64,000 nucleotides of DNA, from NCBI GenBank assembly GCA_002269645.1, contig NIVC01000162.1, positions 248,001 to 312,000 of the forward strand. The letters are read 5' to 3'. Below the pieces are notes generated by a model. It was not told where the DNA came from, searched no databases, and saw nothing but the letters and a program-made list of their open reading frames with translations. Source of the DNA: Macrostomum lignano. Taxonomy: Eukaryota. Shown here piece after piece: positions 49,731 through 63,356 of this stretch. The position numbers and the translations under genes were made by a program. The stretch's first letter is position 1; each line of letters starts with the position of its first letter.

Positions 49731-51000
49731 GGTGGATTGCTAATCTAGCCAATATGGATTGCTAGCCAATATGGATTGCTAATCTAACCAATATGGATTG
49801 CTAATCTAGCCAATATGGATTGCTAATCTAACCAATATGGATTGCTAATCTAACCAATATGGATTGCTAATCTAACCAATATGGATTGCTAATCTAACCA
49901 ATATGGATTGCTAATCTAACCAATATGGATTGCTAATCTAACCAATATGGATTGCTAAGCTAGCCAATATGGATTGCTAATCTAGCCAATATGGATTGCT
50001 AGCCAATATGGATTGCTAATCTAGCCAATACTCTCTCTAATCTAGCCAATACTCTCTCTAATCTAGCCAATACTCTCTCTAATCTAGACAATACTCTCTC
50101 TAATCTAGACAATACTCTCTCTAATCTAGACAATACTCTCTCTAATCTAGACAATACTCTCTCTAATCTAGCCAATACTCTCTCTAATCTAGCCAATACT
50201 CTCTCTAATCTAGACAATACTCTCTCTAATCTAGCCAATACTCTCTCTAATCTAGCCAATACTCTCTCTAATCTAGCCAATTGGGGATTGCTAATCTAGC
50301 CAATTATGGATTGCTAATCTAGCAAATTGTGGATTGCTAATCTAGCCAATTGGGGATTGCTAATCTAGCCAATTATGGATTGCTAATCTAGCAAATTGTG
50401 GATTGCTAATCTAGCCAATATGGATTGCTAATCCAGCCAATTGTGGATTGCTAATCTAGCCAATATGGATTGCTAATCCAGCCAATTGTGGATTGCTAAT
50501 CTAGCCAATTATTGATTGCTAATCTAGCAAATTGTGGATTGCTAATCTAGCCAATTGGGGATTGCTAATCTAGCCAATTATGGATTGCTAATCTAGCCAA
50601 TTATGGATTGCTAATCTAGCCAATTGTGGATTGCTAATCTAGCCAATTGGGGATTGCTAATCTAGCCAATTATGGATTGCTAATCTAGCAAATTGTGGAT
50701 TGCTAATCTAGCCAATTGGGGATTGCTAATCTAGCCAATTATGGATTGCTAATCTAGCAAATTGTGGATTGCTAATCTAGCCAATATGGATTGCTAATCC
50801 AGCCAATTGTGGATTGCTAATCTAGCCAATATGGATTGCTAATCCAGCCAATTGTGGATTGCTAATCTAGCCAATTGTGGATTGCTAATCTAGCCAATTG
50901 TGGATTGCTAATCTAGCCAATTGTGGATTGCTAATCCAGCCAATTGTGGATTGCTAATCTAGCCAATTGTGGATTGCTAATCTAGCCAATTGTGGATTGC
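49731..51000. repeat. Compound minisatellite: 22-bp, 21-bp and 23-bp units around core CTAATCTAGCCAAT
   Basis: Three consecutive blocks: ~49731-50020, ~50020-50280, ~50281-51000. Confidence 0.95.
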
Positions 51001-51511
51001 AACGCCAGGCAGCAAGGATGAGACAATAGACTGCCTTTCTGATATATTTCATCACGTAGACTAATATTCAATTATAAAAAAGGTACATATAGCACGTAAC
51101 AATGATTAAGTTGTAAAGTGAACAAAGACTTACGCTAGATTTTAAAATTTTCGAAGTCACCAAGTGTGATTAGAAGAAACAAAGAGTGATTAGCTGAACG
51201 TCAGAAAGTAAGTTCCAAGATGTATTCACCGAGCTGGATAAAATTATGAGGCAGAAATTTGAAATGCTGTTGGAAGATAATAAAAAACTTCTAAATAGAC
51301 AGAAAGCCACAATCTAAGACTGCTCGGTGCAACCAACACGAATCACGAAACAGAGATTAAAAGTGCTCAGGACCGATCTCTCACCATCCAACAGCCAGTC
51401 CGGGTGACTTGGGGTTGCTCAGTGAGGACACTCGACCGCTCCTTGCTCGGCTTTGGTTGGAGCAGGACTCAAAGCTGAACTCGCAACTGCATATTATATA
51501 TTGTATATATT

Positions 51512-52715
51512 CATGCTACCTGATTGATGTGTGAAGTTTGATGCTAACTGATTGATGTGTGATTTGATGCTACCTGATTGATGTGTGAAGTTTGATGCTA
51601 ACTGATTGATGTGTGATTTGATGCTACCTGATTGATGTGTGTGATTTGATGCTAACTGATTGATGTGTGATTTGATGCTACCTGATTGATGTGTGAAGTT
51701 TGATGCTAACTGATTGATGTGTGATTTGATGCTACCTGATTGATGTGTGAAGTTTGATGCTAACTGATTGATGTGTGATTTGATGCTACCTGATTGATGT
51801 GTGAAGTTTGATGCTAACTGATTGATGTGTGATTTGATGCTACCTGATTGATGTGTGTGATTTGATGCTAACTGATTGATGTGTGATTTGATGCTAACTG
51901 ATTGATGTGTGTGATTTGATGCTAACTGATTGATGTGTGTGATTTGATGCTAACTGATTGATGTGTGTGATTTGATGCTAACTGATTGATGTGTGATTTG
52001 ATGCTAACTGATTGATGTGTGATTTGATGCTACCTGATTGATGTGTGTGATTTGATGCTAACTGATTGATGTGTGATTTGATGCTAACTGATTGATGTGT
52101 GTGTTTTGATGCTAACTGATTGATGTGTGTTTCGATGCTACCTGATTGATGTGTGTGATTTGATGCTAACTGATTGATGTGTGTGATTTAATGCTAACTG
52201 ATTGATGTGTGTGATTTGATGCTAACTGATTGATGTGTGTGATTTGATGCTAACTGATTGATGTGTGTGATTAGATGCTAACTGATTGATGTGTGTGATT
52301 TGATGCTAACTGATTGATGTGTGATTTGATGCTAACTGATTGATGTGTGTGATTTGATGCTAACTGATTGATGTGTGTGATTTGATGCTAACTGATTGAT
52401 GTGTGTGATTTGATGCTAACTGATTGATGTGTGTGATTTGATGCTAACTGATTGATGTGTGTGATTTGATGCTAACTGATTGATGTGTGTGATTTGATGC
52501 TAACTGATTGATGTGTGATTTGATGCTAACTGATTGATGTGTGTGATTTGATGCTAACTGATTGATGTGTGTGATTTGATGCTAACTGATTGATGTGTGT
52601 GATTTGATGCTAACTGATTGATGTGTGTGATTTGATGCTAACTGATTGATGTGTGATTTGATGCTAACTGATTGATGTGTGGGATTTGATGCTAACTGAT
52701 TGATGTGTGTGATTT
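51512..52715. repeat. 26/28-bp minisatellite TGATTGATGTGTG(TG)ATTTGATGCTAAC
   Basis: Tandem copies. Confidence 0.95.
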
Positions 52716-53377
52716 AATTATTATGTGTTATTTGATGGTAGTCTGGTTGGGAATGCCAACTTTAATAAACAGATTATAAACTGCAGTTGCACACTGAGAT
52801 TTCGAGCTGGAGAACTGCTAGCCATGCAACTGCTCTGCCTCCGCCTTCTGCCGCTATAAAATCAAATTTCAGACATGAAACGGATGGATTATGGTTGAGT
52901 AAGCCATCAAAGGTGCTTTCAAATCAACTGGATCAGAGTGAAAACACAGGAAAGTAATTTCAGACCAGCATCCGGAATGCATGGCAGCCATGCCTCATAA
53001 CGAAGGGTTCAAGCTGAACGAGCGAAAATATTCTGAAAAATTGCTCCGGGACAAAAAACTACTCAGAAATCGATGGTGGAAAATTATTTCTCTGTGGGAC
53101 TTGGCAGCCTCCGGAAAGAAAATTTTAGCCTTAGCAACTACTGGCGGACTCATTATCCGTTTTGCCATTTCATTTCCCAATTCCAGTCGATCTCCCATTC
53201 CCGTTTTCTTTTCCCCAATTGCTTGCCTTGGTGACCCGGGCAAAAGCCATTTTGCTGGATCGATGAGGATTAATACAGTTTCCCTGATCCCTGCCAGCTC
53301 ATGGGAGCTCAGCTCACACTTTCCAACCGGGGGGTTTCTCGAAGTGCAAAATTTCCCTTAGATCCTATTACCGGGTT

Positions 53378-54800
53378 CTGACAGCACCGGTTAGCGATAC
53401 CTAATAAACCTGACAGCACCGGTTAGCGATACCTCATTAACCTGACAGTACCGGTTAGCGATACCTCATTAACCGGACAGTACCGGTTAGCGATGCCTAA
53501 TTAATTAACCTGACAGCACCGGTTAGCGATACCTCATTAACCTGACAGCACCGGTTAGCGATACCTCATTAACCTGACAGCACCGGTTAGCGATACCTCA
53601 TTAACCTGACAGCACCGGTTAGCGATACCTCATTAACCTGACAGCACCGGTTAGCGATACCTCATTAACCTGACAGCACCGGTTAGCGATACCTCATTAA
53701 CCTGACAGCACCGGTTAGCGATACCTCATTAACCTGACAGCACCGGTTAGCGATACCTCATTAACCTGACAGCACCGGTTAGCGATACCTCATTAACCTG
53801 ACAGCACCGGTTAGCGATACCTCATTAACCTGACAGCACCGGTTAGCGATACCTCATTAACCTGACAGCACCGGTTAGCGATACCTCATTAACCTGACAG
53901 CACCGGTTAGCGATACCTCATTAACCTGACAGCACCGGTTAGCGATACCTCATTAACCTGACAGCACCGGTTAGCGATACCTCATTAACCTGACAGCACC
54001 GGTTAGCGATGCCTAATTAATTAACCTGACAGCACCGGTTAGCGATACCTCATTAACCTGATAGCACTGGTTAGCGATATCTAATTAACCTGATAGCACC
54101 GGTTAGCGATACCTCATTAACCTGACAGCACCGGTTAGCGATACCTCATTAACCTGACAGCACCGGTTAGCGATACCTCATTAACCTGACAGCACCGGTT
54201 AGCGATACCTCATTAACCGGACAGTACCGGTTAGCGATGCCTAATTAATTAACCTGACAGCACCGGTTAGCGATACCTCATTAACCTGACAGCACCGGTT
54301 AGCGATACCTCATTAACCTGACAGCACCGGTTAGCGATACCTCATTAACCTGACAGCACCGGTTAGCGATACCTCATTAACCTGACAGCACCGGTTAGCG
54401 ATACCTCATTAACCTGACAGCACCGGTTAGCGGTACCTCATTAACCTGACAGCACCGGTTAGCGATACCTCATTAACCTGACAGCACCGGTTAGCGATAC
54501 CTCATTAACCTGACAGCACCGGTTAGCGATACCTCATTAACCTGACAGCACCGGTTAGCGATACCTCATTAACCTGACAGCACCGGTTAGCGATACCTCA
54601 TTAACCTGACAGCACCGGTTAGCGGTACCTCATTAACCTGACAGCACCGGTTAGCGATACCTCATTAACCTGACAGCACCGGTTAGCGATACCTCATTAA
54701 CCTGACAGCACCGGTTAGCGATACCTCATTAACCTGACAGCACCGGTTAGCGATACCTCATTAACCTGACAGCACCGGTTAGCGATACCTCATTAACCCG
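53378..54800. repeat. 32-bp minisatellite ACCTGACAGCACCGGTTAGCGATACCTCATTA, ~44 copies
   Basis: GGTTAGCG recurs at 53521 and 53553. Confidence 0.96.
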
Positions 54801-55403
54801 ACTACTAAAAAAGTGAATTCGGTGAATAGAAATACAATCACAGTCTAAATTAGTTTTAAAGTGCAAATAACAAAAAATATAAACAAACTTCCTTCTCGTG
54901 CTCAATTTTAAGTCAACTCCAAAACATTGATGCGATTTTAGCAGTGGACGGATTCTAGTTGCATTTAAATCTATTTGATAGAAAGCGACACAAGCATTGG
55001 TAATTCAAGCAGGACAATAACAGGGACTCTAGATTCATAACCAGACCACAACCAGACCCAGAGGTCCCTGATCAACGCAATAAAAACGGCCACAACATAC
55101 AATAATAAGACAAAAATAGGTGAAAGGCTTGCAAAATACTACTATTAGTACTCTGACCCATATGCAGTTAGCCAATCTAGTCCTGTTAAAGTTTAAAGTG
55201 CGCAAAAGCATTTAACATCTGACAATGTAAGCACTGGCCGGGAACTACAAGCGTACGTGTGCACACCCGAAATAATGTATGTCATGCACACGAGCGTGTA
55301 TACACCGTAAATAATGTTAAACGTTTATAATGCACAGAATGTACAATTCATAATGTACATGAAGCACGACACATACCATGTCTAGATACGATGTACATCA
55401 TGT

Positions 55404-55629
55404 AATGGGCAGATGTGCAACCGACAGCTCAGCCGCAGCTATTGCGCGGCGCATCTGAAGGCTGCGTACGGCTGTTCAGTCCAAGGACTGGGGGGGGTCG
55501 CCACACACACCCTCAATTACCCCCATCTAGTCTTGCTTAAGGACACAAATTGTTCCGAGTGGGATCGAGAATCGAACCCCCGACCTTCAAGTCGTGAGTC
55601 CGACGCTCTGATCACTAGGCTACAACCCC
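55404..55629 (-). mobile_element. tRNA-derived SINE copy 2 (central domain partly deleted)
   Basis: Minus strand GGGGTTGTAGCCTAGTGATCAGAGCG (A box) ... GGTTCGATTC (B box) ... TGTGTCCTTAAGCAAGAC, then body shared with 41805-41929; T and acceptor stems do not pair, so not a tRNA. Confidence 0.82.
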
Positions 55630-55645
55630 TATCAACTGTAGATTC

Positions 55646-55935
55646 TATCATGTACTCAGTAGAATGTACATCATGTACTCAGTAGAATGTACATCATGTA
55701 CTCAGTAGAATGTACATCATGTACTCAGTAGAATGTACATCATGTACTCAGTAGAATGTACATCATGTACTCAGTAGAATGTACATCATGTACTCAGTAG
55801 AATGTACATCATGTACTCAGTAGAATGTACATCATGTACTCAGTAGAATGTACATCATGTACTCAGTAGAATGTACATCATGTACTCAGTAGAATGTACA
55901 TCATGTACTCAGTAGAATGTACATCATGTACTCGG
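55646..55935. repeat. 23-bp minisatellite ATCATGTACTCAGTAGAATGTAC in the CYB5R4 3' region
   Basis: About 12 copies. Confidence 0.95.
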
Positions 55936-55968
55936 TGAAATGTAGATACACGCAGTGTGCACACAATA

Positions 55969-57820
55969 TCAGCCCTCAAACATAAACAGCCGATCAGCGC
56001 TAAGCGGACAGTTAGCATCGGCAGCAGCAGCAGCGGCCAGAGCGTCGCCAACGCTTGCCAAGAAGCCGTCGGGTCCGCAGGCGGCGGTGAACACCCGCTC
56101 GGCTGGCAGGCCGGCCAGCGGCTCCCAGCTGGCGCAGGCGTTGGCCAGAGCCGGGCCGGACACGCGGCCGGTGAGGCCCGGCCAGTCGCTGGTGGGGTCA
56201 ACTCGGGTCAGCGAGTGCCGGCAAGCCAGCCTGCCAGGGTATCGGGCGGTCAGGCGGTCCCAGTAGCTGCGCAGGATGATGTCGCTCTCGGTTCGGTTGT
56301 AGTACACCAGCAGCACTCGCCTGGTGGGTTTGGCGAAGCGTGTATCATGTACATCAGAATGTGCTCCATGACTGCCGACACAAACCCAAACCGAAAACCA
56401 AACCCAAACCCTAAGCCAAACCCTAAGCCAAAGCCAAACCTAAACCAAACCCAAACCGAAAACCAAACCCAAACCCTAAACCAAACCCTAAGCCAAAGCC
56501 AAACCCTAAGCCAAACCCAAACCCTAAACCAAACCCTAAGCCAAACCCAAACCTAACCCAAACCCTAAGCCAAACCCAAACCCTAAGCCAAACCCAAACC
56601 TAAACCAAACCCTAAGCCAAACCCAAACCCTAAGCCAAACCCAAACCTAAACCAAACCCAAACCCTAAACCAAACCCTAAACCAAACCCAAACCCTAAAC
56701 CAAACCCAAACCCTAAGCCAAACCCAAACCGAAAACCCTAAACCTAAGCCAAACCCAAACCCTAAGCCAAACCCAAACCTAAACCAAACCCTAAGCCAAA
56801 CCCAAACCCTAAACCAAACCCAAACCCTAAACCAAACCCTAAGCCAAACCCAAACCCTAAACCAAACTCAAACCCTAAACCAAACCCTAAACCAAACCCA
56901 AACCCAAAACCAAACCCTAAACCAAACCCTAAACCAAACCCAAACCCAAACCCTAAACCAAACCTAAACCCAAACCCTAAACCAAACCCAAACCCAAACC
57001 CTAAATCAAACCCAAACCCTAACCCAAACCCAAACCAAAACCCTAATTAAACCCTAAACCAAACCCTAAACCCTAAACCCTAAACCCTAAACCAAACCCA
57101 AACCCTAAACCAAACCCTAAGCCAAACCCAAACTCTAAACCAAACCCTAAACCCTAAACCCTAAACCAAACCCAAACCCTAAACCAAACCCTAAGCCAAA
57201 CCCAAACTCTAAACCAAACCCTAAACCCAATGCAAACCTTAGGCCAAACCAAAACCAAAATTTTCGGCAATCAAATGACCGGAAATCATGTAGGTACAGA
57301 TATATTGTAACAAACCAGTACATGACCGGTACATGTTACACTGGTTGCGAAACCTCTGAGCTACAGATTCGAGTCTATGACCTTATCTAGCAAAAACTGA
57401 GAGGTTAATGGCACACTCACTTGTCAGAGTCCAGGTCTAGGAAAGCCAAGGTCAGGTTCACCATCGGGGTGACGCCTGTGCCGGCTGCGATCAGCACAAG
57501 GCAGTCATAGTGCATCACGCTGTCGAATGAGAATTTACCGTCTGGCAAGGACACCTGGATGGTGTCACCTGGCGTGTGCGAGTTACATCGGGGGCGGCAA
57601 GTGAGACATGCTGGCCATTGCTGGGTCAGAGGGTGCGACAGACAGGGTGAGATAGACAGAGTGAGACAGACAGACAGACACACAGCGAGACAGACAGGGC
57701 GAGACAGACAGAGTGAGACAGACAGAGTGAGACAGACAGACAGACAGACGGGCGAGAGAGAGGGCGAGACAGACAGACAGGGCGAGACAGACAGACAGGG
57801 CGAGACAGACAGACAGGGCG

Positions 57821-57852
<32 letters not shown>

Positions 57853-59691
57853 GGGCGAGAGAGAGGGTGAGACAGACAGACAGGGCGAGACAGACAGACA
57901 GACAGGGCGAGACAGACAGACAGGGCGAGAGAGACAGGGTGGGACAGACAGACAGGGCGAGACAGACAGACAGGGCGAGACAGACAGACAGGGCGAGACA
58001 GACAGACAGGGCGAGACAGACAGACAGGGCGAGACAGACAGACAGGGCGAGACAGACAGACAGGGCGAGACAGACAGACAGGCAGACAGAGGCGCTCACC
58101 CGGCAGCCGCCTGCGCAGCCAGTCGGTAAAGGCGCCGCCCTCGTAAAATTTGATGACCAGCGCCAGCTCAGCGGTAGCCTTCGGTTGCCAAACCTCCTGC
58201 AGACCGTCGACCGCTTCGTCGTTGCCCATAGCAACCGGGGTGTAGGCTCGCCTGACAGCCATCTCGCCGTCGCCCTCGCCCTCAACCGGCGTGGTCTCGC
58301 AGTAGACGTGCCAGCCAATGGGAGTTCGGACAGCCGAACCGGCCGGCAGGCTCAACCTGAACAGCCGGGTGTCCGGAGTCAGCTGACTCCAACCGGACAG
58401 AGTGGCCGGAAAAAGTCGGACAGGCGGAGGGGCCGAGCCAAGCCCGTACAGCTGGTCGATGTCTACGGGGCCAATCACCGGGGCGCGCTGGTCGGAGCTC
58501 CGCTTGCCGAGCCGCAGGGTGGCGGCGGTGGAGCCGTCAATTTGGCAGCGAGCGTCGGCCAGGAGCAGGGCGGCGTGGGGCTGGCAGCAGCGGAACTCGT
58601 AGTAGCCGACCGCTGCGCCGTCCTCCGAGTCCAGCTCAGCTCGACAGTAGAGGCCGCCGCTAGTGACGATGGCGAAACTTCGACAGGGCCAGGGGAACGC
58701 GAAATTAATGATAAACTCGTCGCCTGCGTCGCGCCAGGTGAATTTCACCGATTCCGACTTTTTAGCGGCAACGGCGGAGGAGGAGGCAGAGGCGGCGGCG
58801 GCGGGTGCCGTCAGCGGACCGACGTGGCAGCGGCGCAGCATGGATTCAAAGTTCACCCAACGGTGCACGCTGTTGAATAAGTCCGTGGCGTCTTCGCCAG
58901 CTCCGAGCATCAGCTCGTCAGGGCCGCCAGGGTGGAAGTCGGCGTACTTGGACACGTTGTACACCTGCGTGGGTGGGTGCGGCAACTCGTGGTTTCATGG
59001 TTTCTCACATAAATAGTCAGCATCACTGGAGTCTGAAGGGCAGCTGAGGTTTAAAGGGTTGAGAAGGGGTAGCTGAGTGAAGCCTGAAGGGTTGGGAAGG
59101 GGTAGCTGAGTGAAGCCTGAAGGGTTGGGAAGGGGTAGCTGAGTGAAGCCTGAAGGGTTGGGAAGGGATAGCTGAGTGAAGCCTGAAGGGTTGGGAAGGG
59201 GTAGCTGAATGAAGCCTGAAGGGTTGGGAAGGGATAGCTGAGTGAAGCCTGAAGGGTTGGGAAGTGGTGAAAGGAAGCCTGATTGGTTGGGAAGGGTTTA
59301 GATACGAGCCTAAAGGATTTAAATTATTTGTTAGTTAAGGTTAACTATAAAAACTGATCCATTCAACAAACACTCATATTTTTGTACTGCCAGTAGTCAC
59401 TAATGAATTCCAATACTAAATAGCCGATGCTTAATAAAATAAAGCAGTTAGGCCTACCCTTACCTGTCCATTAAGCGCCATCCAACAGTCGCCAGGCTTA
59501 TTATGCTTGGCCAGCTCCTCCGGTGACACTCCGTGCGGCCGGGTTCCATCCAGCATGTCGCGGCCTGAATTGCACAGGCGCACCCAGTCCATGAGGGAGT
59601 GGCCGGGACGGAGGGCCGTCTTATTGCGCAGGCTGCCTGTGGCGTTGCCTCGCTGCTGTTGCTGAGGTGGCGGAGGCGGTTGCAGAGACAT
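55969..59691 (-). CDS. CYB5R4: Cytochrome b5 reductase 4 (NCB5OR); exons 59691-59464, 58964-58100, 57568-57421, 56320-55969
   Basis: KTALRPGHSLMDWVRL; ELAKHN..DCWMALNGQ|VYNVSKYADFHPGG (cyt b5); CS-like segment; IGWHV, RRAYTPV, IKFYEGGAFT (FAD); LIAAGTGVTPM, ACGP, FMFEG (NAD); splice phases 0, 1, 2 consistent. Confidence 0.95.
56372..57262. repeat. Telomere-like degenerate array (AAACCCT/AAACC/AAGCC) in the last CYB5R4 intron
   Basis: Includes short perfect (AAACCCT)n runs near 57060-57090. Confidence 0.9.
57640..58090. repeat. (GACA)n-derived repeat GGGCGAGACAGACAGACA in CYB5R4 intron 2
   Basis: Tandem copies; read through in frame by the ORF track. Confidence 0.93.
59038..59300. repeat. 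33-bp minisatellite GAAGCCTGAAGGGTTGGGAAGGGGTAGCTGAGT in CYB5R4 intron 1
   Basis: GAAGCC recurs at 59079 and 59112. Confidence 0.92.
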
Positions 59692-62600
59692 TTCGCTTGA
59701 GTTGGCAGCAGTTGCGACGGCTGGTGGCGCCCCAGCTGAGTGGCTGTGCCGAGGCAACGATGCAGAAGAGGCTGAGGAGGTTGTGCAACCCACGATGAGG
59801 CGCGCCGAATGACTGAGTTGAGATCGATAGCAGCTGGTTCGGCTTAATTCAGATCTAAGACTGACATGCATGTAGAAGTGTTAAACAAAAGTACATTTTA
59901 ATTGTAAATAGACAATCATTTACCATTGATATGATGGTTTCCAAGACATTAGTGTCATTTTCTAGGAACCTACTTGGCTTTTATTAGATTAGGAAGTTAT
60001 TATGCCAATTTTGTATGGGATGGAACATATAGGGATTAGAAATTAGCAAATAAAAAGCATCATTAAAAGGTTGTCAAAGGTAAAGCGAAAGCTAAAAGAC
60101 TGGAAACAGAACTTAGAGATAAGACAGCTAAGTAAAAGAAATTAAAAGAACAGCTAGAAACTAGAAAGTGAAATAAATTAAAGATATGATTAAAAGTTAA
60201 CTGTCACCTTTCCCCAAGATTTCAGACCAAGCAAGATGACATGAACATCAGCCGAGGTACCAGGCAGAGTCAGTTGGCGCGGTGCCAGGAGAAACGATAT
60301 GGCAAGATACCCCAACTGGTGGGCAAGATAGAGCAATGGTCAACAGGCAAGGTCAGCAGGTACGTATGTGGATCTGCAAAAGCATGACTCACCGAGGGAC
60401 GCATGGGTGGTCTGACGTGTGAACAATTTGAATACTGAACCCTAGACTGACCTTTAACCATTGCCTGAAGTAACCAACTAACAGATATCAAATTATCTCT
60501 CTCTCCCCATAGCAATGCGCTAATCTAATGTTGCTGCATCTGTTCTGGCACCCCGCTGTTACTAATCAGTGGCGGGGGATGATGTGTATCAAAAGATTAT
60601 AAAATAGACACGGCCTCGGCCCTGAAATAGGCAACTCTCACTGAGACTTTAATTCTATAGCCTGGACTCCAGTGTACCTCACCAATAAATCTAAAGACTC
60701 ATATTTGTTATTTGTGCTACAGGCACAAGTCATAAGCAGCCAAGTAGCGATATCCTTTGTAAGCTCTTTTAGGCTTCGAGGATAGTAGAAGCAATAGAAC
60801 AAAACCGCTAGGCAACCAAGAAAGAAAGAAGTAGATCCGGAGACCTAAGAGGAAGTCTTACAGAATAGGTCTTTATTCAGGAGCCATCATCATGAATTTC
60901 AAGGGATAAGGACAGATTGAAACAAATATATTGAACATAAACTGCCTAACATTGGATCAAAAAAGTTTTTATCTAATGTAGTAATAATAAATGTCAATGC
61001 AGATTTTAAAAATTTATTAAAATTTTATTTCTTTTGATAATAACTAGGCCTAAGAAATATTCTAAGGCTAAAATAAGACAAATTGATAATGCATAAATTA
61101 AAAAAATATTATAACATTAGTATTTAAGCTTAAGCTAATGGCAAAATCTTTATGGTTGGCCATTTAGTAGGGATTGACTGTGGTCACAGTCACAATCGCA
61201 AAAACTGTGATCATAGAAAAATTCATGCAGTCTTTTGCCAATCACAATTTGTGAATTTCATGAATTAAACCTTACTTTTTTAAGTCATATCACAACATAC
61301 TGACATATATAAGATTGTGAAGGAAGACTACCCCCACCCTAGCCTGGTTGTGCCACTGAGGCCTGTTACAGGAAAGTTTTGGTTAGCCCTCAGGTCTAGG
61401 CTGCAGTGGAATTGTAAATATAGAGATTAAGACTTTAAGAGATTATAGAGATAGTCCACTTTTGCTTTCCCATATTGTCAAGGCTGGCCATAACATAAAT
61501 AAATATTTTCTTCTATTTAGGGTCAAGGGTTTCATATTTTAAGATATGAAAGCGATTAATTGGGGCGAATCCAAAAAAATTTCGAGGGGGGTGGAGGGGG
61601 GCAAGGCATACTGAACTAAACAAACTACAACCCAATAAAAACAATTAAAAAAGTATGGCTCGATTTTTGCTACGGCTGAGGGGGGCAATCTGCTTTAAAA
61701 AAAAAAGTATTCTTTTAGTCTTCCTTGGATTTCATTTAAGAAATCCATTAAAAATTATCTCAATTTGGTTGATTTATGGTTTAAATGTACCAACCAAGGA
61801 CGACTTAAGTAGAAGGACCGTAGGACGGGAAACCTCGTTTCTTAGAAAATTTTTGAAGGCAGGTTTTTAAAAAAAAATACATTACGGAGATAAAAGTTTT
61901 TCCGTAAATTCATAAATTCATTTTTCAGCACAAAAATTGTTATTGCTTTTGATTGGAGGCAGATCCAGAGTTCATCTTTTCATATGTTGTGCCTTTCTTA
62001 TTGCTCTATCGATATTCATAAAGCTTTTCGTTCATAAAATTAGGATTATATGTTAATTTTTTATTCTACGTACATTTCCTGTACCTTACAATCATAAAAA
62101 ATGCATGGCACAGTTCCAATCTTTCGTTTTATGAATCTATTTTATCATCTCTGTTAAAAATCGTACACGTCCTGTGTCTAATAATCATGACCAATTCATT
62201 CATCATTCATTTCATTGATATTTTTTACTGCAATTGCAACACAGCATAACAAAAATTAAGAAAACATCATACAGGTTTCAAACATCGTTTGTTCTTCTTT
62301 CTACGTTTTCTGTCTTCTTCTTTACGTCTTCTTTCTACGTCTACCGCGTGCGTCTGTCTTACTTAGAAAACGGAAAGTATGCATAATTGATATATAATGC
62401 ATACCGTATAGTATATTTTGGTCTGGGAAAAAGTGTATTGATTTTAGAAACTATATAGCTGGACACAACTTATGCAAAACAAAAAATAGCCAAAGTGCAG
62501 CTATACATGTACAATTGTATCAAGGCAAGCACTAGCTTTACAACTGCTGGTCTTTCGCATTTCGCAAATTCGTTACAGGTGCTGGACAAATACAATCTTC

Positions 62601-63262
62601 GTATAAATTTACATACAGTACATGCATGATCCCTGTGCCCATGTATTTGCATTTATTTGCTATCTACTGATGGAAGCCACCCGCCATTTTGGCTCATTTT
62701 AATTGCTATTGCTTATTTTGTAAGTAAATTTTTGCAATAAGATTGATTCCCAAAAACTTTTCCCACAGTACCATGATTCCTTTATGAGTACTTGAATATC
62801 AGATTTACTACTTGTGAAGCTTTTTTATTTCACGCGGACACAAAAATGGAAGCACACAGAAATGCTGTGCCAGGAAACTGCTAGAAAATGATATGTTATT
62901 GCAAAAACGACTAAATTGGCGTAAAGAAAGTAACAATTTAAATAAAGGAACAAAAATGCCACCAAAACAGTAGTAGTTTAAAACAAAAAAGCCACCCAAA
63001 AAGATCTGCAATCTGAACGAAACTAAGAATTAAACTGTTTTTAACCAAAGGATGTCGAAGATAAACTTCTCGGCCAAATTCTTCTCTGACTCTACTGCGA
63101 AATGAATCAAGAAGCCAATCAAACACAAAATGTAAACAAAACGAAAAAAATGTTTGAAAACGAACTCCATGCACTACCAAAAAGTTGTTGCTGCGAAAAC
63201 AAAAAGTGTGTTAGGCTGGAGCACGCGGGACAAACTGCTGTCAGCTGGTAGACTGGGAGACT

Positions 63263-63356
63263 TCAGCCCTCGTAGGACAGTCGCGGCTGCTTGACAGACG
63301 AAGTAGGTCCTGCCTCGTCGGCGTTGTCGGCATGGCGGCGCTTACAGCCTGCTGGC
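63263..63356 (-). CDS. Candidate terminal exon of a gene entering from beyond the window (PAGCKRRHADNADEAGPTSSVKQPRLSYEG*)
   Basis: Pyrimidine-rich CTAG acceptor, open GC-rich frame, stop, then AT-rich UTR-like sequence. Confidence 0.35.

Noticed and set aside
52981-53361. 126-aa (+) and 82-aa (-) ORFs
   Set aside because: No motif and no convincing splice pair
55555-55629. Possible tRNA gene (CAC anticodon-like loop)
   Set aside because: Acceptor and T stems do not pair, and it continues into a body shared with another SINE copy
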